In this document: positions 63,560-64,000 of the stretch, piece by piece
Numbering within the stretch: the stretch's first letter is position 1
Layout of the letters: the number at the start of each line of letters is the position of its first letter
From: Podarcis muralis
Lineage: Eukaryota
DNA: 64,000 nt
Direction: 5' to 3'
Assembly (NCBI RefSeq): GCF_964188315.1
Contig: NC_135659.1
Location: 51,522,001-51,586,000, forward strand
Notes under the pieces: model-generated
What the model saw: only the letters and a program-made list of their open reading frames with translations
Databases searched by the model: none
What the model was told of the DNA's origin: nothing
Position numbers and translations under genes: made by a program

Positions 63560-63920
63560 ATGTGCGTGGGCCACAATTAATAATGATTTGCAAATGGCAG
63601 ACAAGCAATAACGCAGAAAGATGTCCAGCCAGCCTCCTGCCCGCCCCTTAATTTCTACCGGTAATATAAATGGCATGGGGACGAAAATCCAGCACTATAA
63701 ATTCTGAAATTAGTTATTCACCATAATAAATGGATCCCTTATCAGCTCCCTCCTTCCTCCCCTCCCACCCTACTTTCCCCCTCTCTCCAGCCCGCTCCTT
63801 GTCCTGCCAAAACACAGACTTCATTTGAGCCCTAATATGCAAATGCTGTAATTTAACGGGATGGTGAAGTTGATTTCCGTGTTAACTTAATTATTGTGAT
63901 TTATGAAACCCTGGTCCACA
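63560..63920. promoter_or_regulatory. Candidate CNE/enhancer
   Basis: AATTAATAATG, octamer ATGCAAAT at 63837-63844, PBX-HOX-type TGATTTAT near 63897, many TAAT cores. Confidence 0.42.
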
Positions 63921-64000
63921 AGACACCACTACATCATTGTCCCTCCTCTCATGGCCTGCCTGTCATCCTGGCAATCCACTTCCTTATGTCTTACCTTCCT

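Noticed and set aside
1-64000. CRISPR arrays, operons or prokaryotic systems; naming a host gene
   Set aside because: Sequence is eukaryotic and repeat-rich with no regularly spaced repeat-spacer array; no exon is identifiable, so no gene symbol is assigned.

Overview
Vertebrate genomic DNA, very probably from a squamate reptile and most consistent with a lacertid lizard. The basis is the Sauria SINEs and the Tc1/mariner and hAT MITE types I recognise from lizard genomes; the species is an inference. I find no supportable host protein-coding exon, rRNA gene or intact tRNA gene. The ORFs in the track are either chance ORFs or transposon remnants (CR1 ORF1 and endonuclease, RTE C-terminus, L2, one solo LTR). 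The window looks like a large intron or gene desert. It holds a scattered TE landscape: 5 TA-flanked Tc1/mariner MITEs, a Tc2/Kanga-like MITE, 4 hAT MITEs, Sauria SINEs, tRNA- and 5S-derived SINE-like elements, CR1/L2/RTE fragments and a 472-bp solo LTR. Between the repeats are more than 12 repeat-free blocks, several CpG-retaining and rich in homeobox/PBX-HOX/octamer-type motifs, that resemble conserved non-coding elements of a developmental-gene regulatory landscape; conservation cannot be shown without alignment. I found no convincing new biological system. The best leads are the putative CNE array, a possibly uncatalogued 5S-derived short SINE, and a nested CR1 relic that keeps its 5' half.
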